From the sequence record ON212266.1: a stretch of 64,000 nt of DNA. One strand, given 5' to 3'. The translations under genes were made by a program, and so were the position numbers. The notes beneath the pieces are model-generated. The model saw nothing but the letters and a program-made list of their open reading frames with translations. It ran no database searches and was not told the origin of the DNA. The stretch comes from Enterobacter phage fGh-Ecl02. Shown piece after piece: positions 28,134 through 37,287 of the stretch (its first letter is position 1; every line of letters starts with the position of its first letter).

Positions 28134-28164
28134 ACCCGTTCCGAGGGATAATTCGTGAACGGGT
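28134..28164 (+). promoter_or_regulatory. Hairpin ACCCGTTC-N15-GAACGGGT with GATAAT in the loop, 25 nt upstream of ATG 28190
   Basis: Seen in sequence; one of a recurring class of hairpins carrying a -10-like hexamer. Confidence 0.35.
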
Positions 28165-28189
28165 AATCCTTCAACAATGAGGCTATAAC

Positions 28190-28939
28190 ATGTCACAAAT
28201 GTATCGTTTGTTCGGTCTGGAGTTTACGCCAGCCCGTCTTGAAATGAAACTCCCAAACTTTGAAAAGAGCGGGTTCGAAGTCGGTTGCGTCCTGGGGTTC
28301 GATCGCAATGGCAGATCTGTCCGTGAACACAATATCTTCGACGTGCTGGGTCTGAAAGAAGACAGCGAAACCGCAATTCAGTTCAGCGAAGACATTCGTT
28401 TTGGTCATGCCGACCTGTACGATTATATCCGTGATGTGATCGCTGGATATGAACATGCCAAAGCGCATATGAAGATGGCGACAGAGGCTTGCCTGAAGCT
28501 GGCGCATTGTCTATACTTCTTTGGTCGCAAGCGCCAGAATCTCGATATGGTATTCCCATCGGAACTGCTTGAACGCTTCTCTGAAACCGAATTCCTGCTG
28601 AAGCAAGCTGACGGAGTTGCTGTCAAATCTAGTGAAGTATTCAAACACCCGATAAATCTGGTGTCTGGGCATCTGCTGGTAGGGCGTGATCAGGTCGACC
28701 TGGCGATTCATCCGGATATGGAGTATGATCAGAACTCCTGTCGTGCCATCCACAACTACGTAGGTGTCATTCTAGAAAACTTGTACTCAGCCATGGAAGA
28801 AGTGATGGCAGCAGAACAACAAGAAGAAGTGATTCGTCGTATCCGCGAAGATATCGAAGGGAAGGTGAAACAGGATGTTCTGGGGGAATATCCACCAGAG
28901 CATTTCCCTGAAGTTCCAAACTTCTACCTGTCCAAATAA
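28190..28939 (+). CDS. Hypothetical protein (249 aa)
   Basis: GAGG RBS; the start context ATAACATGTCACAA resembles other early genes. Confidence 0.5.
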   Translation: MSQMYRLFGLEFTPARLEMKLPNFEKSGFEVGCVLGFDRNGRSVREHNIFDVLGLKEDSETAIQFSEDIRFGHADLYDYIRDVIAGYEHAKAHMKMATEACLKLAHCLYFFGRKRQNLDMVFPSELLERFSETEFLLKQADGVAVKSSEVFKHPINLVSGHLLVGRDQVDLAIHPDMEYDQNSCRAIHNYVGVILENLYSAMEEVMAAEQQEEVIRRIREDIEGKVKQDVLGEYPPEHFPEVPNFYLSK

Positions 28940-28959
28940 CTCCACTGTGAGAGGTGTGT

Positions 28960-29235
28960 ATGAAACGTTATCTGAAGCTGACGACCGCCCTTGAGTCGAT
29001 CATAGAGTATTTCATCATGCAACACCTCCGCGCCGACAACATGCATTTAGACGGTTGCCTGACGTATGACCACAAGATCATTATCCATTCTGTTGAAGTG
29101 GTGGATGAGGATCTGATGATTGCAAATGTAGAACACTGTCTGTTTGATGAGTCGGTTGATGCGTACTGCCAACCACGGTTCGCAAAAGTCGAGCTAACAA
29201 ATTGTTGGCCACCGGAAATGGTTTTTCTATATTGA
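28960..29235 (+). CDS. Hypothetical protein (91 aa)
   Basis: GAGAGGTG RBS before ATG 28960. Confidence 0.4.
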   Translation: MKRYLKLTTALESIIEYFIMQHLRADNMHLDGCLTYDHKIIIHSVEVVDEDLMIANVEHCLFDESVDAYCQPRFAKVELTNCWPPEMVFLY

Positions 29236-29327
29236 CGTAGAAAGTTAATATTCACGCAAGTTCGCGCTCCGCTTGGTCGCGCACCTTATAACACTAAGGT
29301 GTTAACTTTCTTTTCAATAAAAAGTAG

Positions 29328-29356
29328 TTTACATCTATGAAAATGCAGTATATTAT
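29328..29356 (+). promoter_or_regulatory. Strong sigma70-like early promoter TTTACA-17-TATTAT
   Basis: Near-consensus hexamers with 17 nt spacing about 70 nt upstream of ATG 29425. Confidence 0.6.
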
Positions 29357-29424
29357 GTTCTCACTACACAGTCAGAACAACAATATGCCGCGGATACGGT
29401 CTTAATAACGAAAGGGTTTTTATT

Positions 29425-30261
29425 ATGTCATATATTCTTCATGTGGATTCTGGAACCAAAATTGAAATTGAAGGCAAAGACGTTGCTGCTATTCAGGCTG
29501 AAATCAAAGAAGCAGGTCTGATCATCGGAAACGTTACCCTGCGCCGTATGGTTGAAGGTGTTCTTCAGGCTGCCAACGGCTTCGAACTGATTGAAGGTCT
29601 GAGCGCCGAAGAGAAGGAAGAAACCCAGCAGGCTCTGGCGCAAGCCCAAGAGCAAGCCCAAGCTGAAGTATCCCTGAAAGTCGCTGAAACCGTCGATGCT
29701 GAAGCACCGATCTCTGCCGATGCATGTGAAGCCCCAGTGTCCGACGCCCCGGTAGACGCGGTTGAAGATGCAGTCAACGCGGCGCTGGAAGAAGGCAATC
29801 AGCCGTCCGACGCGAAAATCGGTTCCTTAGCGTCTTCTATGCTGAAAGAAGCATCGAAGGGTAAGACCCTGACCCCGCAGGCGGCGCTGGTAGAGCGTAA
29901 ACGCCGTCACACCAAACGTGAGGAAATGGTTGACTTGGCTCGCGCTTCTAATCACGGTCCGGTCTTGGCGGCGATTGAAGCTGGTGTTGTTCCCGGCGTG
30001 TTCCTGAGCTACGTGAACCCAGACATGCGTTGGTTCCAGTTCCCGGTCACCGAACTGGCTAACCCTGAAAACCTTCACGCCCGCACCAATACGTATGTCG
30101 ACGTTGCGCCTATCGTTTCCGGTGGCTGGGGCTTCAGTCTGTACGTGAACGGCAAGTCCTTCACCAAACGTCAGAAGATCAAAGAGTCTGATGCTGAGTC
30201 TCTGGTTAAGGCGATCAATGAATGGCTTCCACAGGCTCTGGCTGAAGCGAAAGCTGTGTAA
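29425..30261 (+). CDS. Highly expressed early protein of unknown function with an acidic Ala/Glu-rich linker (278 aa)
   Basis: Strong promoter, extreme major-codon bias, acidic low-complexity segment. Confidence 0.6.
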   Translation: MSYILHVDSGTKIEIEGKDVAAIQAEIKEAGLIIGNVTLRRMVEGVLQAANGFELIEGLSAEEKEETQQALAQAQEQAQAEVSLKVAETVDAEAPISADACEAPVSDAPVDAVEDAVNAALEEGNQPSDAKIGSLASSMLKEASKGKTLTPQAALVERKRRHTKREEMVDLARASNHGPVLAAIEAGVVPGVFLSYVNPDMRWFQFPVTELANPENLHARTNTYVDVAPIVSGGWGFSLYVNGKSFTKRQKIKESDAESLVKAINEWLPQALAEAKAV

Positions 30262-30274
30262 ATTTAAGTTCAGA

Positions 30275-30312
30275 AACTGTTCAATAGATGAAGGGGTTGC
30301 TATAATAGCAGC
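30275..30312 (+). promoter_or_regulatory. GTTCAAT box followed by TATAATAGCAGC, a -10-like element shared with the ligase upstream region
   Basis: 12-mer TATAATAGCAGC identical at 30301 and 39767. Confidence 0.4.
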
Positions 30313-30336
30313 TCCTTTTGTTTATCGGAGCAGTTT

Positions 30337-30996
30337 ATGTCCTACTCCCTGAAGGGGCTGATGAAGCGCCCCGTCCACACATTCTTTAAACCACCCGTCG
30401 TAAAGGGGATCTACCCAGCACGAGGGCAAATCTACTACGTCAAAGGCTCCAATGGTAGCGGTAAATCCACTGTGCCGTCTCAGCTGGCGGAGAGGGATCC
30501 TCAGGCGTATGTCGTGACCCATAACGGCAAGGTCATGCTGACTGTCTGTCCTTCGTTCAACGTGGTGTGTATCGGTAAATATGACAAGTCGAAGTCCAAG
30601 GGGGTTGATTCCCTGAAGGACACTGAGCAGATGTTGTTCGCGTTGTCTATTGCTGACCAACCAGAATACTTGAAATATGATGTGATTTTCGAAGGTATCA
30701 TTCCATCAACATTATTGAGTTCTTGGATCCCCCGCCTGACACGCCCACCACGTGAATTGGTTGTGCTCTTTATGGACACTCCCCTTGAAACGTGTATCTC
30801 CCGCGTTAAATCACGTAACGGTGGTGTGGACTTCAATGAAGGTCTGGTGGTCGAGAAGTGGGAGAGAGTTCATGACCATCGTCAACGACATAAAGACTTG
30901 TTCCCTACGGTGGCTGCGGGTATGATGAAGTCTCACGGCCTAACGGTAGACCAGGCTGTGATGGCATTCCTCTGTCGTGATTTTGGGAGTATCTGA
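30337..30996 (+). CDS. P-loop kinase (Walker A GSNGSGKST); candidate 5-hydroxymethyl-pyrimidine DNA kinase (5-HMUDK-like)
   Basis: Walker A; 219 aa; sits immediately upstream of, and ATGA-coupled to, the hydroxymethylase gene; T4 has no counterpart at this position. Confidence 0.5.
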   Translation: MSYSLKGLMKRPVHTFFKPPVVKGIYPARGQIYYVKGSNGSGKSTVPSQLAERDPQAYVVTHNGKVMLTVCPSFNVVCIGKYDKSKSKGVDSLKDTEQMLFALSIADQPEYLKYDVIFEGIIPSTLLSSWIPRLTRPPRELVVLFMDTPLETCISRVKSRNGGVDFNEGLVVEKWERVHDHRQRHKDLFPTVAAGMMKSHGLTVDQAVMAFLCRDFGSI

Positions 30997-32042
30997 TGGA
31001 AATCAAATCAATTAACAATAATGACATGCTGAAGCAGGCTGTCTTGGCTATCCGTGAATTCGGGATCGAATCTGATCCTGGTAATGCTGAAATCAATACT
31101 GATAGCACCCGCTTCCTTGATGGTGTGACGATCACTGTTTCCGATATTCGTGACCGCTGGCTCTCCGTTGAAGGTCGCAACTCATCGGCTATCGCTGCCA
31201 TCGGCGAGACCTTCTGGGTGTTGTCAGGTCGCAACGACATAAAGTTCCTGTCACGTGTATTGCCTCGCGCTGCTAACTTTTCGGATGATGGGGTAACATG
31301 GCGAGCTGCTTATGGTCCGCGTCTGTACGCCCATGGCCAGCTGGATAGCGTTATCAACCGCCTGCGCAAGAACCCAAACACTCGCCAGGCGTACCTCACT
31401 ATTTATGATCCGGCTTTGGATTCGGATGCTGGTCTGGCGAAGTTCAGCGAGAGCGGCGAAGCAAAGACTAAGGACATGGTGTGTAACCTGGCTCTGTTGT
31501 TCGCCATCGTTGAAGGTCGTCTGAACCTGACGGTCATCAATCGCTCACAGGATGTTCTGTGGGGGATGAGTTCAATTAACTTCATTGAGTTCTCTATTCT
31601 TCAGGAAGTGATTGCTCGGGTGCTGGATGTTGATGTCGGTCAGTACAAGCTATTCTCTAACAATCTTCATTACTACAACAATGAAGTCAGCCAGAAGCAG
31701 CTGGGCAAGATCACGAAGGACACCAAAGTAGAAGCTGGGTTCATCAACTCCATGATTCACTTCACGAACGTGACCAACCAGAACCATATCCGCAATCTGT
31801 TCACTGGTGTGCTTCATCACTGTGATATCGGTAGCCCGTGGGAAACTGTGGTCGCTCACCTGAAGGAATACGATGCGGATCGCGGTCTGATTTTGCAGAT
31901 GGCATACTGCCTGCACTGCAAATTGAATAACAAGCTCATTAACCTGGACCTGATTCAGGATCATGGCTTGAACACCGCGCTCACCCATTCCCCGGTTGAC
32001 CGCAAGATCATTGATCCTAAGTTCCTGGAAGGTGTAGTATGA
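30996..32042 (+). CDS. Thymidylate-synthase-fold pyrimidine hydroxymethylase (gp42-like dCMP/dUMP hydroxymethylase)
   Basis: DMVCNLALLFAIVEGRLNLTVINRSQDVLWG aligns with T4 gp42 DFMCTNTVQYLIRDKKINAVVNMRSNDVVFG (Cys nucleophile, RSxD); 348 aa. Confidence 0.75.
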   Translation: MEIKSINNNDMLKQAVLAIREFGIESDPGNAEINTDSTRFLDGVTITVSDIRDRWLSVEGRNSSAIAAIGETFWVLSGRNDIKFLSRVLPRAANFSDDGVTWRAAYGPRLYAHGQLDSVINRLRKNPNTRQAYLTIYDPALDSDAGLAKFSESGEAKTKDMVCNLALLFAIVEGRLNLTVINRSQDVLWGMSSINFIEFSILQEVIARVLDVDVGQYKLFSNNLHYYNNEVSQKQLGKITKDTKVEAGFINSMIHFTNVTNQNHIRNLFTGVLHHCDIGSPWETVVAHLKEYDADRGLILQMAYCLHCKLNNKLINLDLIQDHGLNTALTHSPVDRKIIDPKFLEGVV

Positions 32043-32608
32043 TGTACCCAAATCTTGAATTCTTTACGGGGCGCAAGCGCTCCGGTAAGGACTTCTGTTT
32101 GGAGTCCCTGATCAGTTACCACCACTTACAGGGTGATATGGACATACAGCGCCTTTCTTTCTCTGATGAACTGCGCCGTGTAGCCAACTACATCTACCCA
32201 TGGCTCCCAGCGGAGGTAGAGGATGCCGTGAAGGACGTTCCTTACGTGCACCCTGATAACCCCAAGGGCTTAACTCCACGGCAGATCTGGCTTCATCTAG
32301 GCAGCGATACGGGCTTGCGTTACGTACAACCTGATCTGTTCCTGGCATTCTTCAAGCGCTTCCAGCTTCCTCTGGTAGAGCAGAACCCCCACGTCCATTA
32401 TATCGTGAGCGATCTGCGTACCCCTCAGGAATATGAATGGGCGCTGAGTACGAAATGTCCTATCACCCGTATTTCAAAGGCCGACCGTGCTGGTATCATA
32501 GAGGACGATATAGAGGCTTTCATTGACCAAATGAAAGTGGACTACGAATTCCTCAATCCATTTGATGGTTGGGAACCGTTCGTTAAATTCTACGGAGAAC
32601 GTAAATGA
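32039..32608 (+). CDS. 1: Deoxynucleoside monophosphate kinase (gp1-like)
   Basis: FFTGRKRSGKDFCLESLI matches T4 gp1 FLSGVKRSGKDTTADFI; 189 aa. Confidence 0.7.
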   Translation: MMYPNLEFFTGRKRSGKDFCLESLISYHHLQGDMDIQRLSFSDELRRVANYIYPWLPAEVEDAVKDVPYVHPDNPKGLTPRQIWLHLGSDTGLRYVQPDLFLAFFKRFQLPLVEQNPHVHYIVSDLRTPQEYEWALSTKCPITRISKADRAGIIEDDIEAFIDQMKVDYEFLNPFDGWEPFVKFYGERK

Positions 32609-33159
32609 TCACAGCAGGGCATATCCAAAGCCTGCTCGAACTCCAAAAGGCCACCAACGTGGCCTACTTTGGGGAAGAGTGGAAGAATGTATGGAGTCAG
32701 AATGCAGTCATCAACTCTATCTATCGTGAGTGGGCAGAGTTCCTTGATGAAACCACCCGTGACTGGAAGGTCTATGGCAACGACATCGGGTTTGACCATA
32801 CGAACGCAGTTTATGAACTGGTGGACGTGGTACACTTCATGTTGTGCTTCATCCTTGTGGACCGCACCAAAGGTGAGATCGAAGAAGAATTTGAAGTCCT
32901 TAGTAATCGCGAATTCACCCCATCTGCTTTGGGTGTTGTAGGGCATCGTAATGTTACGTACCGCCTTGGGCAATTCATGAACGACCCTTGCGTTGAGACT
33001 CTCATGTTCTTCCTGTCGTCTGCGTGTTCTTATATGGAGATCGACATTGAGACTTACATACTGGCACACAAACGCAAGAACGATCGCAATCGTCTGCGTG
33101 CTTCTGGTGGCGCGGATTACGACAAGTCCGCAGAAACCCCTCTGACCTTGGAGTTCTAA
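32605..33159 (+). CDS. 56: dNTP pyrophosphatase gp56-like (dCTPase/dUTPase, MazG-type all-alpha fold)
   Basis: ELVDVVHFMLCFILVD matches T4 gp56 ELVDIFHFVLNMFVGL. Confidence 0.65.
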   Translation: MITAGHIQSLLELQKATNVAYFGEEWKNVWSQNAVINSIYREWAEFLDETTRDWKVYGNDIGFDHTNAVYELVDVVHFMLCFILVDRTKGEIEEEFEVLSNREFTPSALGVVGHRNVTYRLGQFMNDPCVETLMFFLSSACSYMEIDIETYILAHKRKNDRNRLRASGGADYDKSAETPLTLEF

Positions 33160-33704
33160 TGTTTACAGTCGTCGTTTCATACCATGCGGAGAACGCTGCT
33201 CAGGCATCCTCCAAATTCGCCGAGCACATCATCGGCGGCGGCCATAATGTATTCCTTACTGAATACAACAGGCCTGTTAAACCGGGCGACGGTCTTTCGG
33301 CGACTGTTACGCATAAGATCGCCAGCGAGCAACCAGAGTCTCTGTTCAGAATGATCGAAGAATATGCCGGTGGTGGTGGCACCAAGATACCAGATGAACT
33401 GGTAGACGTCTATTTTGAAGGCTCGATCTATTACATCCACGCTATGCCAAAGGATATAACCATTGAACAGATGATGTATATCCTGAATATAGCACTGAAC
33501 ACTGCGTGCATCAACCGCACGAACTACAACAATCTGCGCAATATGTACCTAACCGACCGGCATAATGACGCATCGTCACTTGTTGAGACAATGTCCCTGA
33601 AGAGCATCCAAGAGGCGGTTAACATTTTGTCCCAGAAGGTTATGGGTGTAGACTTACTAACGACGATTAACAACAAAGAGGAAGTGAAATGGCCAGTTCA
33701 TTAA
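33159..33704 (+). CDS. Hypothetical protein (181 aa)
   Basis: ATGA-type coupling to the upstream gene. Confidence 0.45.
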   Translation: MFTVVVSYHAENAAQASSKFAEHIIGGGHNVFLTEYNRPVKPGDGLSATVTHKIASEQPESLFRMIEEYAGGGGTKIPDELVDVYFEGSIYYIHAMPKDITIEQMMYILNIALNTACINRTNYNNLRNMYLTDRHNDASSLVETMSLKSIQEAVNILSQKVMGVDLLTTINNKEEVKWPVH

Positions 33705-34774
33705 TGGACCGCATGCTGAAGGTTGCTAAGAAACACGATGACCAGGCTTCAGTGCTGTCCCAATCAGACGCTCTGGAACCGTCTATCATCTGTTCTACTG
33801 GTATTCCCCTGATCGACATCGCATGGTCTGGGCGTATTGACGGCGGCCTGATCTCCGGTATCAAGATGATGGTGGGTGATTCCCGTACCTTCAAAACGAT
33901 GTTCGGTCTGGTGGACGTCAAGGCGTACATGGACAAGTTCCCTGATGCTATCTGCGTCTTTGCGGACTCAGAAAAGGGTGCCAACGCTGATTACTGGACC
34001 TCTATGGGCATTGACATGGACCGCGTCCTGTACGTACCGATCGACAACGTTGAACAGACCAAGATCCGCTTGCTGCAGATCCTACAGGAAGTCAAGAAAG
34101 GCGACCATGTTATAATCTTCATCGACTCTATCAGCCAACTTCCCTCCACCAAGGAAGTTGAAGATGCGATCAAAGGGAACGACACTCAAGACATGACCCG
34201 CGCCCGTGCCCTCAACAGCTTCTGGCGTGTCATGACTCCTGAAATCAACAGCAAAAATCTCGTGTGTGTTTGGATCAACTCCTATTACGATGAGATCGGC
34301 AACCAGTATGCCGAGCCAAACATCAAAGGCGGCAAGCAGGGCTTCTTATCCTCCAACTTGATCTGGTTTATCACCCGTTCTCAGGTGAAGGAAGACAAAG
34401 ATCTGCTGGGCTGGAACTTCAACATAAGCATCATGAAAGGTCGCCATGTCAAAGAGAAAGCCAAGCTCCCTGTGACGGTACTGTACAACGGCGGCATTGA
34501 TCGCTGGAGCGGCCTGCTTGAGATCGCTCGTGCTCTGGGTTATGTTGATATGCCGTCTTCCGGCTGGTATGTGCGTACAGCCAAGGGTGGTTTCGATCCT
34601 GAGAAGGAAAAGAAATATCAGAAGCGTCAGATGGGTGATGATTTCTGGTATCCGCTGCTGGAGAATGTCAACTTCGCCGATGACGTGAAGAAGATGTTCG
34701 GTGTTTCTAACGGTACTGTTATGCCTGCGAACATGCTGGAGCAAATGGACCATGTTATTAACACAAGCGAATAA
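33689..34774 (+). CDS. uvsX: UvsX RecA-like recombinase
   Basis: RecA core Walker A GDSRTFKT and Walker B VIIFIDSIS; 361 aa. Confidence 0.85.
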   Translation: MASSLMDRMLKVAKKHDDQASVLSQSDALEPSIICSTGIPLIDIAWSGRIDGGLISGIKMMVGDSRTFKTMFGLVDVKAYMDKFPDAICVFADSEKGANADYWTSMGIDMDRVLYVPIDNVEQTKIRLLQILQEVKKGDHVIIFIDSISQLPSTKEVEDAIKGNDTQDMTRARALNSFWRVMTPEINSKNLVCVWINSYYDEIGNQYAEPNIKGGKQGFLSSNLIWFITRSQVKEDKDLLGWNFNISIMKGRHVKEKAKLPVTVLYNGGIDRWSGLLEIARALGYVDMPSSGWYVRTAKGGFDPEKEKKYQKRQMGDDFWYPLLENVNFADDVKKMFGVSNGTVMPANMLEQMDHVINTSE

Positions 34775-35081
34775 CAGTGGAGGGGGAGGAGACTCCCCCA
34801 ATAACTACACAATCATCGACCCTGGTGCTGATCAGCTGGCGATCATCAAGATTACTTCTGGCAAATTCCGTGGTGTTCAATTCCGGTTCGGCAAAGTGGC
34901 TATTAACGAAGTGGACGGCGAACCCCGCCTGTCTTTCGTGACTGATATATTGAAGAAACCATTGCGTCTGATGTTTGTGAATTTGAAAGAAAATGACTTG
35001 TTCACTGAGGTGTCAGGGGATATCCTTGTAGACCTCATGCAGCGTAATGCTCAGGAATATAATAAATTTTTGGTGGGGTAG
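34752..35081 (+). CDS. Hypothetical protein at the gene 40 position (109 aa)
   Basis: GGAG RBS before ATG 34752; overlaps the uvsX end; the ORF-track start at 34701 is a GTG extension. Confidence 0.4.
   Translation: MLLTQANNSGGGGDSPNNYTIIDPGADQLAIIKITSGKFRGVQFRFGKVAINEVDGEPRLSFVTDILKKPLRLMFVNLKENDLFTEVSGDILVDLMQRNAQEYNKFLVG
34782..34799 (+). terminator. Stem-loop GGGGGAG-GAGA-CTCCCCC (inside the gene-40-like ORF region)
   Basis: Perfect 7 bp stem just after the uvsX stop. Confidence 0.3.
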
Positions 35082-35087
35082 TGGCCA

Positions 35088-36512
35088 ATGTTACTCGAAT
35101 CTGTCGTGCTTTCACAGTTGATTTACAATGAAGATTACCAAAGAAAGATCCTGCCGTACCTGAAAGCCGATTATTTTGACAACGAAGGCGAAAAGGTCAT
35201 CTTTGGTCTGATTGACAGTTATACCTCAGAGTACAATGCCCGCCCGTCTGTCGAAGCACTATCTATAATTCTTGAACGGACAAAGCTGAACGAATATGTG
35301 TTTGACCAGGCGGTATCTGCCCTGGAGAACATCAACGACAACACCTTCAATGAAGAGTGGCTGGCGAAGGAAACCGAGGCTTGGGCGCGGCAAAAGGCCG
35401 TACACAACGCAATCAAGACCGCCGTCAACATCTACGGTGACGAGAAGCGCAAGGACGAGATGAACAACATCCCGACCATGTTGCAGGAAGCCCTGGCGAT
35501 CCGGTTTGATTCATACCTCGGTCACATCTATTGGGAGATGGCGGCAGAGCAGTATGACCACATGAACTCCAACGAGGCCAAGATCCCGTTCGCAGTTGAG
35601 ATATTCAATAAGGCGACACGTGGTGGCGTTGGTAAGAAGACACTGAACATCGTAACAGGCGCGATCAACGCAGGTAAGACCACAACGCTGATTGACCTGA
35701 CCGCAGGGTACTCGGAGCAGGGACTGAACGTCTTTGTCTTCACCCTTGAAGTGGCCGAGAACGTCTGGCGACACCGTCTTGATGCCCGTATCATGCGACG
35801 CGACTTTGAGTCTTTAGAGAAACTCACAAGGCACGAGTATATTGCAACGATAGAGAAGCTCCGCAGTCGCCAAGACGGTGCGCCCAAGGGTGATATCGTC
35901 ATCAAGGAATATCCTTCCGGTGCTGGACACACAGGTTTATTCCGCCGCGATATCCTTGAGTACATCCAGGCAACTGGTCGTGCTCCCGATGTTATCGTTA
36001 TTGACTATCTTGGCGAAGCTGCTTCCTCGCGCTTGCCTGCCCACCTGATGCAGAACACGAACGTCTATTACACGTCTGTGGCTCGTGAGTTTCGTGCGCT
36101 GGGATTTGAGTTTGATGTCCCTGTATGGACTGGTATGCAGTTCAATCGTGAGAATCAGAATAGCACTGATGGCGGAATCAGTGATTTGGCAGATGCTATC
36201 GGTATTCCGAAGGTGGCCGACTTCATCATGGCATTCTATGCTCCTGACGAACTGGCGGCGGTCAAGAAAGCCCGAGCCTCAATACTCAAGAACCGTTATG
36301 CCAACAAGCAGAAGCTGAAATCATTCCTGTTTGGTATGGACCAAGACAAACAGATCCTGTTTGACCTGGACTGGAACGAAGTTAAGAAGGACCTGACTGA
36401 GGCTGAGGCCAAATATGTCGAAAACGTACACATCAAACATGACCTCAACAAGTCCGGGGCTACTGCCAGCGATGAGCAGAAAGCTCAAACAGTCAATAAT
36501 TGGAAATTCTAG
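35088..36512 (+). CDS. 41: Replicative DNA helicase gp41 (DnaB-like)
   Basis: Walker A GAINAGKTT, RecA-like C-terminal domain; 474 aa, same size as T4 gp41. Confidence 0.85.
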   Translation: MLLESVVLSQLIYNEDYQRKILPYLKADYFDNEGEKVIFGLIDSYTSEYNARPSVEALSIILERTKLNEYVFDQAVSALENINDNTFNEEWLAKETEAWARQKAVHNAIKTAVNIYGDEKRKDEMNNIPTMLQEALAIRFDSYLGHIYWEMAAEQYDHMNSNEAKIPFAVEIFNKATRGGVGKKTLNIVTGAINAGKTTTLIDLTAGYSEQGLNVFVFTLEVAENVWRHRLDARIMRRDFESLEKLTRHEYIATIEKLRSRQDGAPKGDIVIKEYPSGAGHTGLFRRDILEYIQATGRAPDVIVIDYLGEAASSRLPAHLMQNTNVYYTSVAREFRALGFEFDVPVWTGMQFNRENQNSTDGGISDLADAIGIPKVADFIMAFYAPDELAAVKKARASILKNRYANKQKLKSFLFGMDQDKQILFDLDWNEVKKDLTEAEAKYVENVHIKHDLNKSGATASDEQKAQTVNNWKF

Positions 36513-36514
36513 GC

Positions 36515-36551
36515 AATTCAATAAGGCGGGTCATAGGGTATAATTCTATGA
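36515..36551 (+). promoter_or_regulatory. AATTCAAT box plus hairpin TCATAG-GGTATAATT-CTATGA with TATAAT in the loop
   Basis: Seen in sequence, 25-60 nt upstream of ATG 36577. Confidence 0.4.
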
Positions 36552-36576
36552 TCTGAATGTAAACCAGGAGCACATC

Positions 36577-36912
36577 ATGTCACACAATGATTTTATGGCT
36601 GGCCTGGTGCAGGCCGCCAAACAGGTGTGCCACACCAAACAAGCGATTGAGCTGAGTCCGGAGCAGACTCTGGAGTTCTTCAACAATCGTAAAATCTGGG
36701 AGGAATATGGAATTGGTATGATATGCCAAGAGGGTGAACTCGTACAGCTGGATCTGCCGTCATTTCCCCTTCCAGTGCGCACCAACACAGTGGAATGGTA
36801 TACGACGGAAGATGGTGTAGAGATCATCCCGAAGTTCCAGTATCACTCAATCGTAAACTTCTTTTTACGCCGTTGTGGGACTAATCTGATCCCACAAGGT
36901 ATGAGATCTTAA
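36577..36912 (+). CDS. Hypothetical protein (111 aa)
   Basis: GGAG RBS. Confidence 0.45.
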   Translation: MSHNDFMAGLVQAAKQVCHTKQAIELSPEQTLEFFNNRKIWEEYGIGMICQEGELVQLDLPSFPLPVRTNTVEWYTTEDGVEIIPKFQYHSIVNFFLRRCGTNLIPQGMRS

Positions 36913-36927
36913 CAAGAGGAACACCAA

Positions 36928-37242
36928 ATGTCTGTAGAACAAATCGGCTTTTATGTACTACCATCTGATCCTGAATCCCGTCGCAAGCTGATAGGTGCAA
37001 TTGAAAACTGTCGTGCCGCCCAGGTCCGCATCAAGTCGGAACAGACTTTCATTACTGAGACTCTGGCCGAGCTGGCGAAAGACACGGGTATCAAGGCCAG
37101 CGACTTGCGCAAGGTTGTATCCGACCGCGCCAATGGAACTTACCATAAGACGATCGAAACGAGCGAGAAATATCAAGACTTATACGAGTCTCTATTCCCG
37201 AACGCCAAGCCCGATCGAGATCCGAATGCCAGTGGCGAATAA
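36928..37242 (+). CDS. Hypothetical protein (104 aa)
   Basis: GAGGA RBS. Confidence 0.45.
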   Translation: MSVEQIGFYVLPSDPESRRKLIGAIENCRAAQVRIKSEQTFITETLAELAKDTGIKASDLRKVVSDRANGTYHKTIETSEKYQDLYESLFPNAKPDRDPNASGE

Positions 37243-37258
37243 GTCAATAGAACACCAA

Positions 37259-37287
37259 GAAGCCCAGTACTTGACTGGGCTTTTTAA
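37259..37287 (+). terminator. Rho-independent terminator AGCCCAGT-ACTTG-ACTGGGCT + TTTTTAA
   Basis: 8 bp stem with T-run. Confidence 0.7.

Noticed and set aside
30996-32042. Calling the TS-fold protein a plain thymidylate synthase (td)
   Set aside because: It lacks the ThyA PCH/PPCH active-site context and aligns much better with T4 gp42 (MCTNT...NMRSNDVVFG). It sits in an operon with dNMP kinase and dNTP pyrophosphatase like hydroxymethylase genes. Substrate (dCMP or dUMP) remains open.
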